Source: Candidatus Kerfeldbacteria bacterium (lineage in GTDB: Bacteria; Patescibacteriota; Patescibacteriia; UBA9570). Taken from it: a DNA stretch of 64,000 bases. The stretch spans positions 2,870 to 66,869 of the forward strand of contig JACPGK010000008.1 of NCBI GenBank assembly GCA_016182495.1. Reading direction: 5' to 3'. Of this stretch, positions 54,191 to 63,722 are shown one piece after another; the stretch's first letter is position 1, and each line of letters begins with the position of its first letter. The position numbers and the translations under genes were made by a program. The notes below the pieces were generated by a model that saw only the letters and a list, made by a program, of their open reading frames with translations, had not been told where the DNA came from and made no database searches.

Positions 54191-55786
54191 ATGGCCCAAC
54201 CAAAAGTAATCGTGATTGGTTTAGATGGTTCCAGTTGGGAACTCGTCAACCAATTGCGCGCTGAACAACAACTGCCTGCCCTGGAAAAAATGATCAATCA
54301 GGGTATGAGCAGTACGATGTACTCGACTCATCCAGCTCATAGCGCTCCGGCCTGGACCAGTTTTGTCACCGGCGTACCACCCACCGAGCATGGTTGTTTA
54401 GATTTCTTGGTGGTACATAATGATATTACCGATTTAGACATTATTGATAGCACCAAAATCAAACAGGAAACTATCTATGAAGCCATGGTACGACATGGTC
54501 GCCGGCCAATTTTAATCAATTTACCGAATACCTTTCCGCCAAAATTAAAAGATGCCATTACCATTACCAGTTTAATGACACGCGGTGAAAAATTTATTTT
54601 TCCGGCCAGCTTGAAACAGCGCTATCCCGAATTGCAGCACTATCGCCTATCACCTAATGCCAAGTTACGCTCAAAAGATCAGTTCGATGCCTACGTTCAA
54701 GATCTCTGTCAGCTAGAACGCGATCGCATCGCCGCAGCTAAACAATTACTGCTGCACGAACCTTGGGATTTTTTCTTTTATCTTTGCTCTGGCACCGATT
54801 GGGTATCGCACGTGGTGTATGATCAAGCGGTGCAACACCACTATCAACCGGCTTTAGAGATGTGGCGCCTGATGGATGAATTTATTGGTTGGGTGATGCA
54901 ACAGCTGGACGATGACACTATTATATACGTCATATCGGATCATGGTTTTAAAGTGTACGATTCTATTTTTTATGTTAACCGCTGGCTGGAAGAACACGGC
55001 TATCTAGCCACCACCGCCGGTACCAGTTCGTTTCAACAAACCCATACCAAACTGTCACGTGAAGTAGCCAAAGTACAACAACGACAGTTCCAGTTCAATG
55101 TTGGTAAACGACTGCGTAATGTACTGCGTCATTCGCCACGGTTAGAACAAGGTGCTAAATGGTCGTATCATCATATTATTAAACGGTTTGTACCGGTGAA
55201 TGTGAAGATTAATTTACAACTTGATCTCACCAAAACCCAAGTGGGCTTTCCACGCGGCTCGATGGCCAGTTTGTTGTATGTCAACGATCAAGTTCGGTTT
55301 CGTCATGGCATTGTGCCAGCCAACCAACGGGCCAGCCTAACCCAGCAACTCCAGCAACAATTGCAAGCCATTACTGATCCTGGTGGTCAACCAGCCATTG
55401 CCCAGGTATACACCACTGAACAACTGTATGGTAACCGCGCTATGGCCATTGCCCCTGATTTATTTTTACAGCCAAACCAGCATTATTTATCAGGCTCATT
55501 ACATTCGGCAGCTTTGTTTGAAAACACTTCCAAAAATTATCATGATGATCAAGGGATGTTTTTAGCCTATGGCAAAGCCATTGCTCATCAACCGATGTCA
55601 GATAGTTCTATTATGCAAATGGCCCCAACCATTATGCATAGTTTGGGCTTACCGCTATTGCCACAATTCAGCGCTACCGTGATGGACATTTTTGCTTCTA
55701 CCAGTTCGCTACATCAACCAGCCCAGTACGAAGGCTCATCTGAACAAGCTGACCTACGTACTATCATTAACACTATCGAGTTGTAA
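54191..55786 (+). CDS. Alkaline-phosphatase superfamily protein, paralog 3
   Basis: VIGLDGS, PAHSAPAW (Ser51), TGV.P.EHG, TDWVSH, SDHGF, NYHD; no signal peptide. Confidence 0.88.
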   Translation: MAQPKVIVIGLDGSSWELVNQLRAEQQLPALEKMINQGMSSTMYSTHPAHSAPAWTSFVTGVPPTEHGCLDFLVVHNDITDLDIIDSTKIKQETIYEAMVRHGRRPILINLPNTFPPKLKDAITITSLMTRGEKFIFPASLKQRYPELQHYRLSPNAKLRSKDQFDAYVQDLCQLERDRIAAAKQLLLHEPWDFFFYLCSGTDWVSHVVYDQAVQHHYQPALEMWRLMDEFIGWVMQQLDDDTIIYVISDHGFKVYDSIFYVNRWLEEHGYLATTAGTSSFQQTHTKLSREVAKVQQRQFQFNVGKRLRNVLRHSPRLEQGAKWSYHHIIKRFVPVNVKINLQLDLTKTQVGFPRGSMASLLYVNDQVRFRHGIVPANQRASLTQQLQQQLQAITDPGGQPAIAQVYTTEQLYGNRAMAIAPDLFLQPNQHYLSGSLHSAALFENTSKNYHDDQGMFLAYGKAIAHQPMSDSSIMQMAPTIMHSLGLPLLPQFSATVMDIFASTSSLHQPAQYEGSSEQADLRTIINTIEL

Positions 55787-55790
55787 TTAT

Positions 55791-57260
55791 ATGTCGCAGG
55801 CTCGCCAATTGTTACAGGTGATTGCCCGTTTAGTGACATCGCGTTTACTCTATCGCATTCTGGTAGCACTATCAATTATCATCGCTTCTAATTATCTCAT
55901 TACCATTCCCGAACTGTCGGATATTTTTGATGTGGCCAGTGCGGCGGTCAGTATTATTATGATCGGCAGCGAAGTGGGCATGAGTATGGTGTTGATGCGG
56001 CATGGCGCCGAACAAAATCGTGAAAAATTACGGCCGTACTATGGCACCGCTTTAGTAATTGAATCACTGGCTTGGCTGGGTTTGTTTGCCAGTATTATTG
56101 GTGGTTACGCCGTGTTCAATGGTTTCACAACCATGTTTTGGTTGCTGGCAATTTTGGGTGTCAACCAAGCGATCATTCAGTATCGAGTGGTCATTCGATC
56201 AATCTATCGTAGTTTACGTGATAATGAAACCATTACCTATATTGAAATAATTGATGGGGCCTGCAAATTGCTGGGTGTTTGGCTGATTACGCATTGGATC
56301 AGCAATCCAATCACTGGGGCTTACTGGATTGCCTTGCTCTATACCATCACCACCATCATATTTATTGGGCTGTACGGTTGGCATTCATTTAGTTTGGTGA
56401 AACCGCTGATCCAGTGGTCATTACGTAGCGGTATGATTAAAGAAGGGGTGTGGTATAGCTTGCAAGGCTTGATTATGACCGTGTATTTTGAAATTGATAA
56501 ATTAATCATGCGCTTGTTTCAAAGCACCGGCTGGGCGGATATCGCGGCTGGTGATATTGCTCGTTATGGTGCGGCCGCTCGCTTGATTGTGTTTTTTTTA
56601 GTATTTCATCGCATTGGTTTACAAGTAATCACACCTGATTTATATGCTTCGTTTGCTACGAATAAAGATCGTTACCGGCGGATTGTTCAATGTTCTACGC
56701 GCTACATGGGAGCCTTTGGCATAGCTCTAGGCACTGGCTTGATTGTGCTAGCCGATGATATTATGCACCTGTTGTATCGAGCTGAATTTTGGAGCGCCAT
56801 TCCAGCCTTGCAACTATTTGGCGCTTTTTTAATTATTCGATTTATTGGCATTACCTCCAGTCAAGTGTTGGCTACTACCGGTAATCAACCCTTACGCACT
56901 CGCCAAGAAGGCTATGCCGTGGTGGTAAATATTGTGCTCGATATTATTCTTATTCCCCGTTACGGCTTTATGGGTGGAGCCATGGCTACCTTAGCCACTG
57001 AATTACTATTTCAAAGTATCTTTTTTGTGATGACCCGCCGGTTAATTCAGGATTCCATCAGTCGCAGTCTGTGGCAAATTGTGCCGGCTCTGGCTGCCGG
57101 GTTGGTGATGGGTATGGTGATATGGTTTTTAAAACCGCTGGTGCTACTTTGGCTACTGCCGTTGATTGGCGCGGCCGTATTTGTACTGTTATTATGGTTG
57201 TTTCGTTTTTTCAATGAAGCAGATTTCAAGTTACTCAAAAAAACTCCGACTGTCATTTGA
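55791..57260 (+). CDS. Second Wzx/MOP-type flippase (divergent)
   Basis: Multi-TM, YFEIDK, YGAAARL, NIVLDIILIPRYGFMGGAMAT; start at ATG 55791, 4 bp after paralog 3. Confidence 0.85.
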   Translation: MSQARQLLQVIARLVTSRLLYRILVALSIIIASNYLITIPELSDIFDVASAAVSIIMIGSEVGMSMVLMRHGAEQNREKLRPYYGTALVIESLAWLGLFASIIGGYAVFNGFTTMFWLLAILGVNQAIIQYRVVIRSIYRSLRDNETITYIEIIDGACKLLGVWLITHWISNPITGAYWIALLYTITTIIFIGLYGWHSFSLVKPLIQWSLRSGMIKEGVWYSLQGLIMTVYFEIDKLIMRLFQSTGWADIAAGDIARYGAAARLIVFFLVFHRIGLQVITPDLYASFATNKDRYRRIVQCSTRYMGAFGIALGTGLIVLADDIMHLLYRAEFWSAIPALQLFGAFLIIRFIGITSSQVLATTGNQPLRTRQEGYAVVVNIVLDIILIPRYGFMGGAMATLATELLFQSIFFVMTRRLIQDSISRSLWQIVPALAAGLVMGMVIWFLKPLVLLWLLPLIGAAVFVLLLWLFRFFNEADFKLLKKTPTVI

Positions 57261-57322
57261 CGTAAATATTAGTTTTGTCTATACTTAAAATGTTCACATA
57301 CATAAGCATATATTTTAAGTAT
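57257..57322 (+). promoter_or_regulatory. Promoter of the AAA ATPase gene with overlapping 11-bp inverted repeat
   Basis: TTGACG (57257-57262), 17 bp, TATACT (57280-57285); atacttaaaat (57281-57291) and attttaagtat (57312-57322). Confidence 0.65.
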
Positions 57323-58535
57323 GATTAAAACCTATATTCGGCGCCCTGTCTATTGGCAAAAAATTGCTCCCTTTGTTGGTAAAGATATCATTAAGGTAAT
57401 TGTTGGCCAACGACGGGTAGGTAAAAGTTATTTTTTATTTCAGATCATGGACGAAATAAAAAAAACTAACCCCAAAGTTAATTTTATTTATCTTAACAAA
57501 GAATCAGAGGAATTTTCTGCTATCAAAACAGGTAAGGATTTGTTGGTTTTTGTCGCTAAAAAAGTTTCCCGTCGCCATAAAAATTGTATCTTTATTGATG
57601 AAATTCAAGAAATAGACGGTTTTGAAAAAGCGTTACGTCATTTGTCCGCTCAAGGTGGCTATGATATTTATTGTACTGGTTCTAATGCGCATATGTTATC
57701 TTCGGAAATTGCCACTGGTTTATCGGGACGTTATGTGGCAGTGACCATGCATAGTCTATCGTTCCCTGAATTCCTAATTTTTCACCAATTAAAAAAAGGT
57801 GAGGATACTTTATTTAAATATATTCGTTATGGCGGGCTGCCATATATCATTAATCTAGAATTAACCGATGAGGTTGTGTATGATTATTTAAAAAATATTT
57901 ATAACACCATTTTGCTTAAGGATGTAGTAGCTCGGTTCGGAGTGCGTAATATCAATTTTTTGGAACGATTGGTAGTGTATCTGGCTGATAATATCGGTAG
58001 TTTTGTGTCAGCTAAAAAAATTAGCGATTTTTTAAAATCCCAAAATATACGAATATCGCCTAATATCGTTCTCAATTATTTATCCTATTTAGTGGCTGCG
58101 TATTTTATCAGCCCAGTGAAAAGATCAGATATAAATGGTAAAAGAATTTTTGAAATCAATGAAAAATATTATTTTGCAGATCTAGGATTGCGCCAGGCGT
58201 TGATCGGTTATCGTCAGGTGGATATAGGAAAAATTTTAGAAAATCTAGTATATAATCACTTACAATTTTTAGAATATACTATTACCGTGGGGAAAAGTGG
58301 TGCCAAAGAAATTGATTTTATCTGTGAAAAAGCTGGAGAAAAACTATATATCCAAGTGGCTTATTTGCTTCCGGATGAAAAAGTCAAAGCCAGAGAATTT
58401 GGCAATCTGTTGCAGATAGCCAACAATTATCCTAAACTGGTAGTTTCTCTAGATGTCATGGCTGGCGGTAATTATCAGGGAATACACCATCTTCATCTGT
58501 TAGATTTTTTAACGAATAACCACTACCCCCTATAA
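57321..58535 (+). CDS. AAA_14 ATPase with DUF4143 domain (COG1373)
   Basis: GQRRVGKS Walker A, FIDEIQ Walker B, TGSN, LSGR, YGGLP, KYYFADLG, LEN.V, EIDF; AT-rich. Confidence 0.92.
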   Translation: MIKTYIRRPVYWQKIAPFVGKDIIKVIVGQRRVGKSYFLFQIMDEIKKTNPKVNFIYLNKESEEFSAIKTGKDLLVFVAKKVSRRHKNCIFIDEIQEIDGFEKALRHLSAQGGYDIYCTGSNAHMLSSEIATGLSGRYVAVTMHSLSFPEFLIFHQLKKGEDTLFKYIRYGGLPYIINLELTDEVVYDYLKNIYNTILLKDVVARFGVRNINFLERLVVYLADNIGSFVSAKKISDFLKSQNIRISPNIVLNYLSYLVAAYFISPVKRSDINGKRIFEINEKYYFADLGLRQALIGYRQVDIGKILENLVYNHLQFLEYTITVGKSGAKEIDFICEKAGEKLYIQVAYLLPDEKVKAREFGNLLQIANNYPKLVVSLDVMAGGNYQGIHHLHLLDFLTNNHYPL

Positions 58536-60962
58536 AGCCGTAGTTGAGCTGCGGTTTGGTTTGTTCGATTGTCGGTACGTACTGATCAATTGTTTTAATA
58601 ATAAAACTGGGATGGGTAATGTTACCAGCCACAATACATAGTATTCCAGTTGCAATAGTACTCCCCACGATAATAAAAATGTAATCACATCAACCGTGCC
58701 AATGTGTAAGCCCGATTTTAACACAATCTCGGGTTTGCGCTCTTGTAAAAAAATACTTTTTTTGGCTTCCCGTAAATACCCAACTAATAAATTACCCAAC
58801 ATGGCGGCAAAGGCCAGATACACTATCCATACACTATGCCCCACGTAGCCAAACGCCAGGTCGGTAAATTCCATCGGTACCGGGGCCAGTGGTGCAAACC
58901 AATATAATTGCCAAGCCATTGCGCCAAACCATATAATTTCTTTCACCCGATCAGAAATACTATCAAACCAAATGCCAAACTTGCTGCCCCGCCCTAACAT
59001 GCGCGCCACTTCACCATCAGAACAATCAAAAGCAAACGACAATTGAATACACGTAAATGCCAGCACTCTACCCCACCAAGTGGGATACAATAACCCGACC
59101 GCTCCAATACCACCAACCACAAAAGAAATAATCGTTACATCCGGCGCGGTAATTCTAGGAAATAATTTTAATGAATAATACGTGAGGTACTTCGAAATCC
59201 GCCGGTAAATTAAACGACTAAATATACTGTCGTGCGGCTGTTGATATTGAATAATATCGTGTGGTGAAGTTGGTAATGGCACAAAATAGTAGTTAGTATG
59301 TATAGTATTTAGTATAAAATTATACGTGGCCACTGGTTCGAGTTGCGCTATATTCAATAACCGTTGTTCATCGGCATTAGCGCTGCCATCATACCACAGA
59401 TATAACTGATAGTCTGTAGTGAGCTCTCTCAAAAAACTATACACCTGATTCACCGGCGGTTTTTCTTTTGGCTTACGCGGAAATCGAATCACCCGAGCCG
59501 CACTATGGGTCATGATGGTTTCTGAAATACCGGCTTGCCAATCTCCTACCATCAGCAGCAAAGCATTGTTTGGTAACTGTTCGGCCATAGCTTTTAATTG
59601 ATGTAAATCATCTCGGGTAATAGCTTTATATACCGGATCAGCCTCACGATTATGTCGCTGTCGTTCGGCGATTGAAGGTTGTAACGACACAAAAAATGAT
59701 CCGATGAACACCATTACTAACGCAGTCCAACTCCAGCGTTGCAATTGCAGTTTTTGTTGCAACCATAGTACACCAGTAACACTGCCATAGGCCGCCAGTA
59801 AGGTAATTACCGGTACGGCTGGAATTAAATAGCGTGGATATGGATTGATCCAAGCACTAAACAACAAAAATAACGGCCCAAACCAAACTAGTAACATCAC
59901 AGCGGTAGATTTTTGTGCGCGCCATAATAGTATCAAACCAACTGCTGCTGCCAGTAAAAATAAGGGCCAAGTACTCACTGCAGTCAACACCTCCCAGTAC
60001 TGTTTTAACCCACCCACCCCGGGACGAAATTTTCCTTGATTGTTATATAAATTCTGTAGCTGTAACGACCGTACATGATCAAAATTCGAGGTAATGGCAA
60101 TGCGACTAATATCTTTGTCGCGAAATTTTTCTTTATGCAGAGTAATATTCACTGAATTCCATAATGATAGCGATCCAACGCACACTGCCCCAATCAAAAA
60201 TACGCCCACTACTTGATAGCGCTGGGCTGTGTTCCACTGCCGCCACCATTGCCAGCCAAGCACAATGAATACCCCCAATAAAATGCCACTGGTTTCTCGA
60301 ATATTAACGCTCATGCCATAGCTGGCTCCGGCGCCCAGCCATAACCCAAGCTGGCACCACCATCGTTTGGTTACGGGCAATAGTAATATCAGCCACAGCG
60401 CCAGCATGAAAAAAAATAATGCTGGTATTTCACGCATTGGTTGGGCTACGGCATAATTGGCATACAAACTAGCTAAGCCTAAACTTAAAGCGGCCATTAC
60501 AGCGCTGGCGCGTTGCAAGGCGGGTGGCAACTGAAATAACCGGAGCGCTAACAGATAAGTGAGCAGCACCACTCCCACCGCTAACCCTGGTTCCACATCA
60601 TACCAGGCTTCATCGCTGCCTGATATTTTTGCAACGCTATACAGCAACCAACCTAAACCAATCGGATAGCGCGAAGCAATCCAGCCAGTTGAAGAGATAA
60701 TTTCATGATGCGTCGGCGCCACAAATCGAGCAAATTTTTCATCGCCAAAATAGGTTAAGGCGCGTTGTACCAGGCTATCCTGGCTCACTAATGGTTCATC
60801 AGCCCACCACTGCCCGGCCGTATATAAGTAGCCAGGGGCATCATCCCCCCACGATCCCCAGGCATGACTGGTGATATAAAAAAAACCAAAAATCAACGTC
60901 AGTAGCGCTAGTATAATGCCATCGATTATCCACCACCATTTAGGCGAAGTAGCTGTGTTCAT
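58530..60962 (-). CDS. Fusion: GT-C (ArnT/PMT-like) glycosyltransferase plus CDP-alcohol phosphotransferase
   Basis: N-part WGDD..GY, RYPIG, multi-TM, PRYLIP; C-part [21 protein letters not shown]-alcohol signature. Confidence 0.82.
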   Translation of the reverse strand: MNTATSPKWWWIIDGIILALLTLIFGFFYITSHAWGSWGDDAPGYLYTAGQWWADEPLVSQDSLVQRALTYFGDEKFARFVAPTHHEIISSTGWIASRYPIGLGWLLYSVAKISGSDEAWYDVEPGLAVGVVLLTYLLALRLFQLPPALQRASAVMAALSLGLASLYANYAVAQPMREIPALFFFMLALWLILLLPVTKRWWCQLGLWLGAGASYGMSVNIRETSGILLGVFIVLGWQWWRQWNTAQRYQVVGVFLIGAVCVGSLSLWNSVNITLHKEKFRDKDISRIAITSNFDHVRSLQLQNLYNNQGKFRPGVGGLKQYWEVLTAVSTWPLFLLAAAVGLILLWRAQKSTAVMLLVWFGPLFLLFSAWINPYPRYLIPAVPVITLLAAYGSVTGVLWLQQKLQLQRWSWTALVMVFIGSFFVSLQPSIAERQRHNREADPVYKAITRDDLHQLKAMAEQLPNNALLLMVGDWQAGISETIMTHSAARVIRFPRKPKEKPPVNQVYSFLRELTTDYQLYLWYDGSANADEQRLLNIAQLEPVATYNFILNTIHTNYYFVPLPTSPHDIIQYQQPHDSIFSRLIYRRISKYLTYYSLKLFPRITAPDVTIISFVVGGIGAVGLLYPTWWGRVLAFTCIQLSFAFDCSDGEVARMLGRGSKFGIWFDSISDRVKEIIWFGAMAWQLYWFAPLAPVPMEFTDLAFGYVGHSVWIVYLAFAAMLGNLLVGYLREAKKSIFLQERKPEIVLKSGLHIGTVDVITFLLSWGVLLQLEYYVLWLVTLPIPVLLLKQLISTYRQSNKPNRSSTTAL

Positions 60963-61567
60963 GCAGCCCGCAGTACGCCACGCTGTTGCAATTGGTGTAC
61001 CAATTCAGCTAGGGCTGGCTCGACCGTTTGGCGTTCGGTGTTAATTGTAATGTCAGGTGCAATGGGTGCTTCATAGGGCGCCGAAATGCCGGTAAATTCT
61101 GGAATAGTGCCAGCGCGAGCTTTGGCGTACAACCCTTTGGTATCACGCTGTTCACAAGTTGCCAACGAACACTCCACATACACTTCAATAAATTCGCCTG
61201 GCTCGACCATGGCTCGCACCAAATCGCGGTCGGCCTGGTAAGGAGAAATAAAAGCGGTCATAGCAATAGTGCCACTATCAACCAATAATTTAGCCACCTC
61301 GCCAATTCGACGAATATTTTCGGTACGATCAGCCGCCGAAAAACCTAAATCACTATTTAACCCATGCCGAATATTATCTCCATCTAGGCGATACACCCGA
61401 TAATTACGCTCAAACAAATATTGTTCTAAGGCAACCGATAAGGTTGATTTCCCCGAGCCTGATAAACCAGTAAACCATACAATACAACTAGTATGCTTGG
61501 CCTGATCACGACGTTGTTGTTTTGATACAGCACTATCATGCCACACAATATTGGTTGCTGCTATCAT
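60959..61567 (-). CDS. cysC: Adenylyl-sulfate (APS) kinase
   Basis: [48 protein letters not shown]. Confidence 0.97.
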   Translation of the reverse strand: MIAATNIVWHDSAVSKQQRRDQAKHTSCIVWFTGLSGSGKSTLSVALEQYLFERNYRVYRLDGDNIRHGLNSDLGFSAADRTENIRRIGEVAKLLVDSGTIAMTAFISPYQADRDLVRAMVEPGEFIEVYVECSLATCEQRDTKGLYAKARAGTIPEFTGISAPYEAPIAPDITINTERQTVEPALAELVHQLQQRGVLRAA

Positions 61568-62565
61568 ACTTGAATACTGGCTACCTTGGCTTGTAATTTT
61601 GGAAATATCTCATTCAATTGCTCACGGGGAATAATAATACCGACCACTTCTTCTTTGCCGCCAGCATTTAAACCAAGGTCGCGAGCAAATTGAATCAGTT
61701 GACGCATATCGTACTGCAATTGGCGGCGCCGAATATAACACGTATACTGATCAGCTTTTAATTGGCGGGTAAAAATAATTTTATCTGGGTACTGGCGAGA
61801 GATATTACGCGTCACGTGCGATAAAATATTCAGCGACGTATGCAAATCTAAAAACAACACTTGATTACTCAAGGCTTGTGGAGCTTGTTCCAATAAACGA
61901 TCAATTTCTCCCCCAATCTGCTGCAGATTATTTTCTAGTTTTACATCGGTCAATAACGCTAGTGGATCGTGGCGTAATAATTGAATGGTATCATGCATGC
62001 CACTATAATCATCAACCATATAGTTCGAATCAATCAACCGGCGCAAGGTGAGTAATTGAGCAAAGCTAATATTATACTGTTGCATCATTTCTGCTACCCA
62101 GGGATAGTACTGTGTATCTTGTTGAATTGATTCTTCTCGATCCCCCACCATGGCAATGGCCGCCAACAAATTATTGGCTAAGCCCAGGGTGGCGGTGATA
62201 AATGAGGCGCAAGCTGGATGAGGTTGATTAAAATAATGAACCTGGCGATACGGCGTTTGGTGATGGTGATCAAAAATGTAGGTTTGATCAGGCCAAACTC
62301 GCGCCAAGCCATTAACCGTTTGTTCAGGAAAATTAATATCACAGGTAATAGCAAATTGATACTGGGCGTCACTAAGCTGTTGCAACTGCTGGGCCGTTAA
62401 ATAGTAATTGGTAATCGTTGGAACAAAGGTAGTCAGTTTTTTTTCTGGAAACCGTTCAGCGAGATAATTGAATAGCACGGCGGCGGAACATAGCCCATCA
62501 GTATCCCAATGATGGATAATAACACCATGGCGTTGACTAGTAGTGAGGGTTTGAAAAGGATCCAT
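61564..62565 (-). CDS. DHH family phosphoesterase (candidate PAP/pAp phosphatase)
   Basis: [20 protein letters not shown] and terminal AGGK motif; lies between sat and cysC. Confidence 0.82.
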   Translation of the reverse strand: MDPFQTLTTSQRHGVIIHHWDTDGLCSAAVLFNYLAERFPEKKLTTFVPTITNYYLTAQQLQQLSDAQYQFAITCDINFPEQTVNGLARVWPDQTYIFDHHHQTPYRQVHYFNQPHPACASFITATLGLANNLLAAIAMVGDREESIQQDTQYYPWVAEMMQQYNISFAQLLTLRRLIDSNYMVDDYSGMHDTIQLLRHDPLALLTDVKLENNLQQIGGEIDRLLEQAPQALSNQVLFLDLHTSLNILSHVTRNISRQYPDKIIFTRQLKADQYTCYIRRRQLQYDMRQLIQFARDLGLNAGGKEEVVGIIIPREQLNEIFPKLQAKVASIQV

Positions 62566-62570
62566 AAAAT

Positions 62571-63719
62571 TCAGTCAACAAAAATTTGAGCTTGTTGAAT
62601 TAACAGTTCAGAAATTTCCGGTCGCATAATTTCGGTGGGAACTACTTCACCAGCCTGCAGCAATTTTCGAATCACCGTACCGGATGGACCAGTACGATCA
62701 GCTTCGCTATGGCCACAGGTTTTACTAGTAGCGATAGTTTCACACCGTTTGCAGTGGAAGCTATTTTCTAATTTCAAAATAGTAATGCCAATATCTTCAA
62801 GGCTGTTAAAAATTTCTTGGCCAGCATAGGTGCCGTAGTAATTACCCACTCCAGCATGATCACGCCCAACAATAAAATGACTACAGCCGAAATTTTTACG
62901 AATAATGGCATGTAAAATAGCTTCGCGTGGCCCGGCATAGCGCATTTGTAAAGGAAGAATAGATAATACTACACGCTGGCGAGGATACACCTGTTTAGCC
63001 ATGTAATCGTAGGCGGCTAAAATAGCTTGATCGGTAAAATCACCGGTTTTCTTTTTACCGATGACTGGATTAATAAATAAACCATCAGTTAATTCTAGAC
63101 CAATGCGCTGTAAATACTCATGAGCACGGTGCGGAGCGTTGCGCGTTTGAAAACCAGTCACCGTGGTCCAGCCTTTTTCCTGAAACAGTAAGCGAGTTTC
63201 CAAAGGGTCTAAATTATATTGATTAAAAGGTTCTTTAGAGTTATCAATTAATTCAATATCGCCACCCAGCAACACCGGTTGCCACTGCTGTACCATGGCT
63301 ACGCCAGGATGCTCATTATCACTAGTACCAAATACCTGTTCAGCCACTACCTTGGCATCGCAACTATATTTATCTTGCACCATCATCACGGCTACGGCTT
63401 GATCAACCTCATCAACCAGCAACACTTGTTCGCCAATGGTGATATCATCACCAACCGTTTGTGTTACATCTAATACAAACGGAATGGGCCACACCGTGCC
63501 GTTGGCTAATTTCAAATGATGCACCACGCTTTCAAAATCAGTTTTGCCCATAAAACCGGTCAGCGGACTGTACACCCCCCGAGCAATATTCTTAACATCT
63601 TTGACTAACTCTTCGTGTAAACGAATATGGCGTAAATGGCCAGACCGTTCTTGCAAGCGTTGAGCATCCTCATTGCGCAATACTCGATTGATCAATAAAT
63701 TGCCGTGCGGTTCAATCAT
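62571..63719 (-). CDS. sat: Sulfate adenylyltransferase (ATP sulfurylase, Sat type)
   Basis: PHG, SPLTGFM, QTRNAPHRAHE, MRYAGPREA, VGRDHAG, CxxC..C.H zinc site, SGT.IR. Confidence 0.97.
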   Translation of the reverse strand: MIEPHGNLLINRVLRNEDAQRLQERSGHLRHIRLHEELVKDVKNIARGVYSPLTGFMGKTDFESVVHHLKLANGTVWPIPFVLDVTQTVGDDITIGEQVLLVDEVDQAVAVMMVQDKYSCDAKVVAEQVFGTSDNEHPGVAMVQQWQPVLLGGDIELIDNSKEPFNQYNLDPLETRLLFQEKGWTTVTGFQTRNAPHRAHEYLQRIGLELTDGLFINPVIGKKKTGDFTDQAILAAYDYMAKQVYPRQRVVLSILPLQMRYAGPREAILHAIIRKNFGCSHFIVGRDHAGVGNYYGTYAGQEIFNSLEDIGITILKLENSFHCKRCETIATSKTCGHSEADRTGPSGTVIRKLLQAGEVVPTEIMRPEISELLIQQAQIFVD

Positions 63720-63722
63720 GCC

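Noticed and set aside
50989-55786. AlkP paralogs as arylsulfatases for sulfate scavenging
   Set aside because: They lack the C/SxPxR formylglycine motif, have NPP-like Thr/Ser nucleophile motifs and no signal peptides
60959-63719. sat/cysC as sulfate assimilation or dissimilatory sulfate reduction
   Set aside because: No cysH, cysIJ, cysK, aprAB or dsr genes in the window, and the context is glycan biosynthesis; the rest of the genome is unseen
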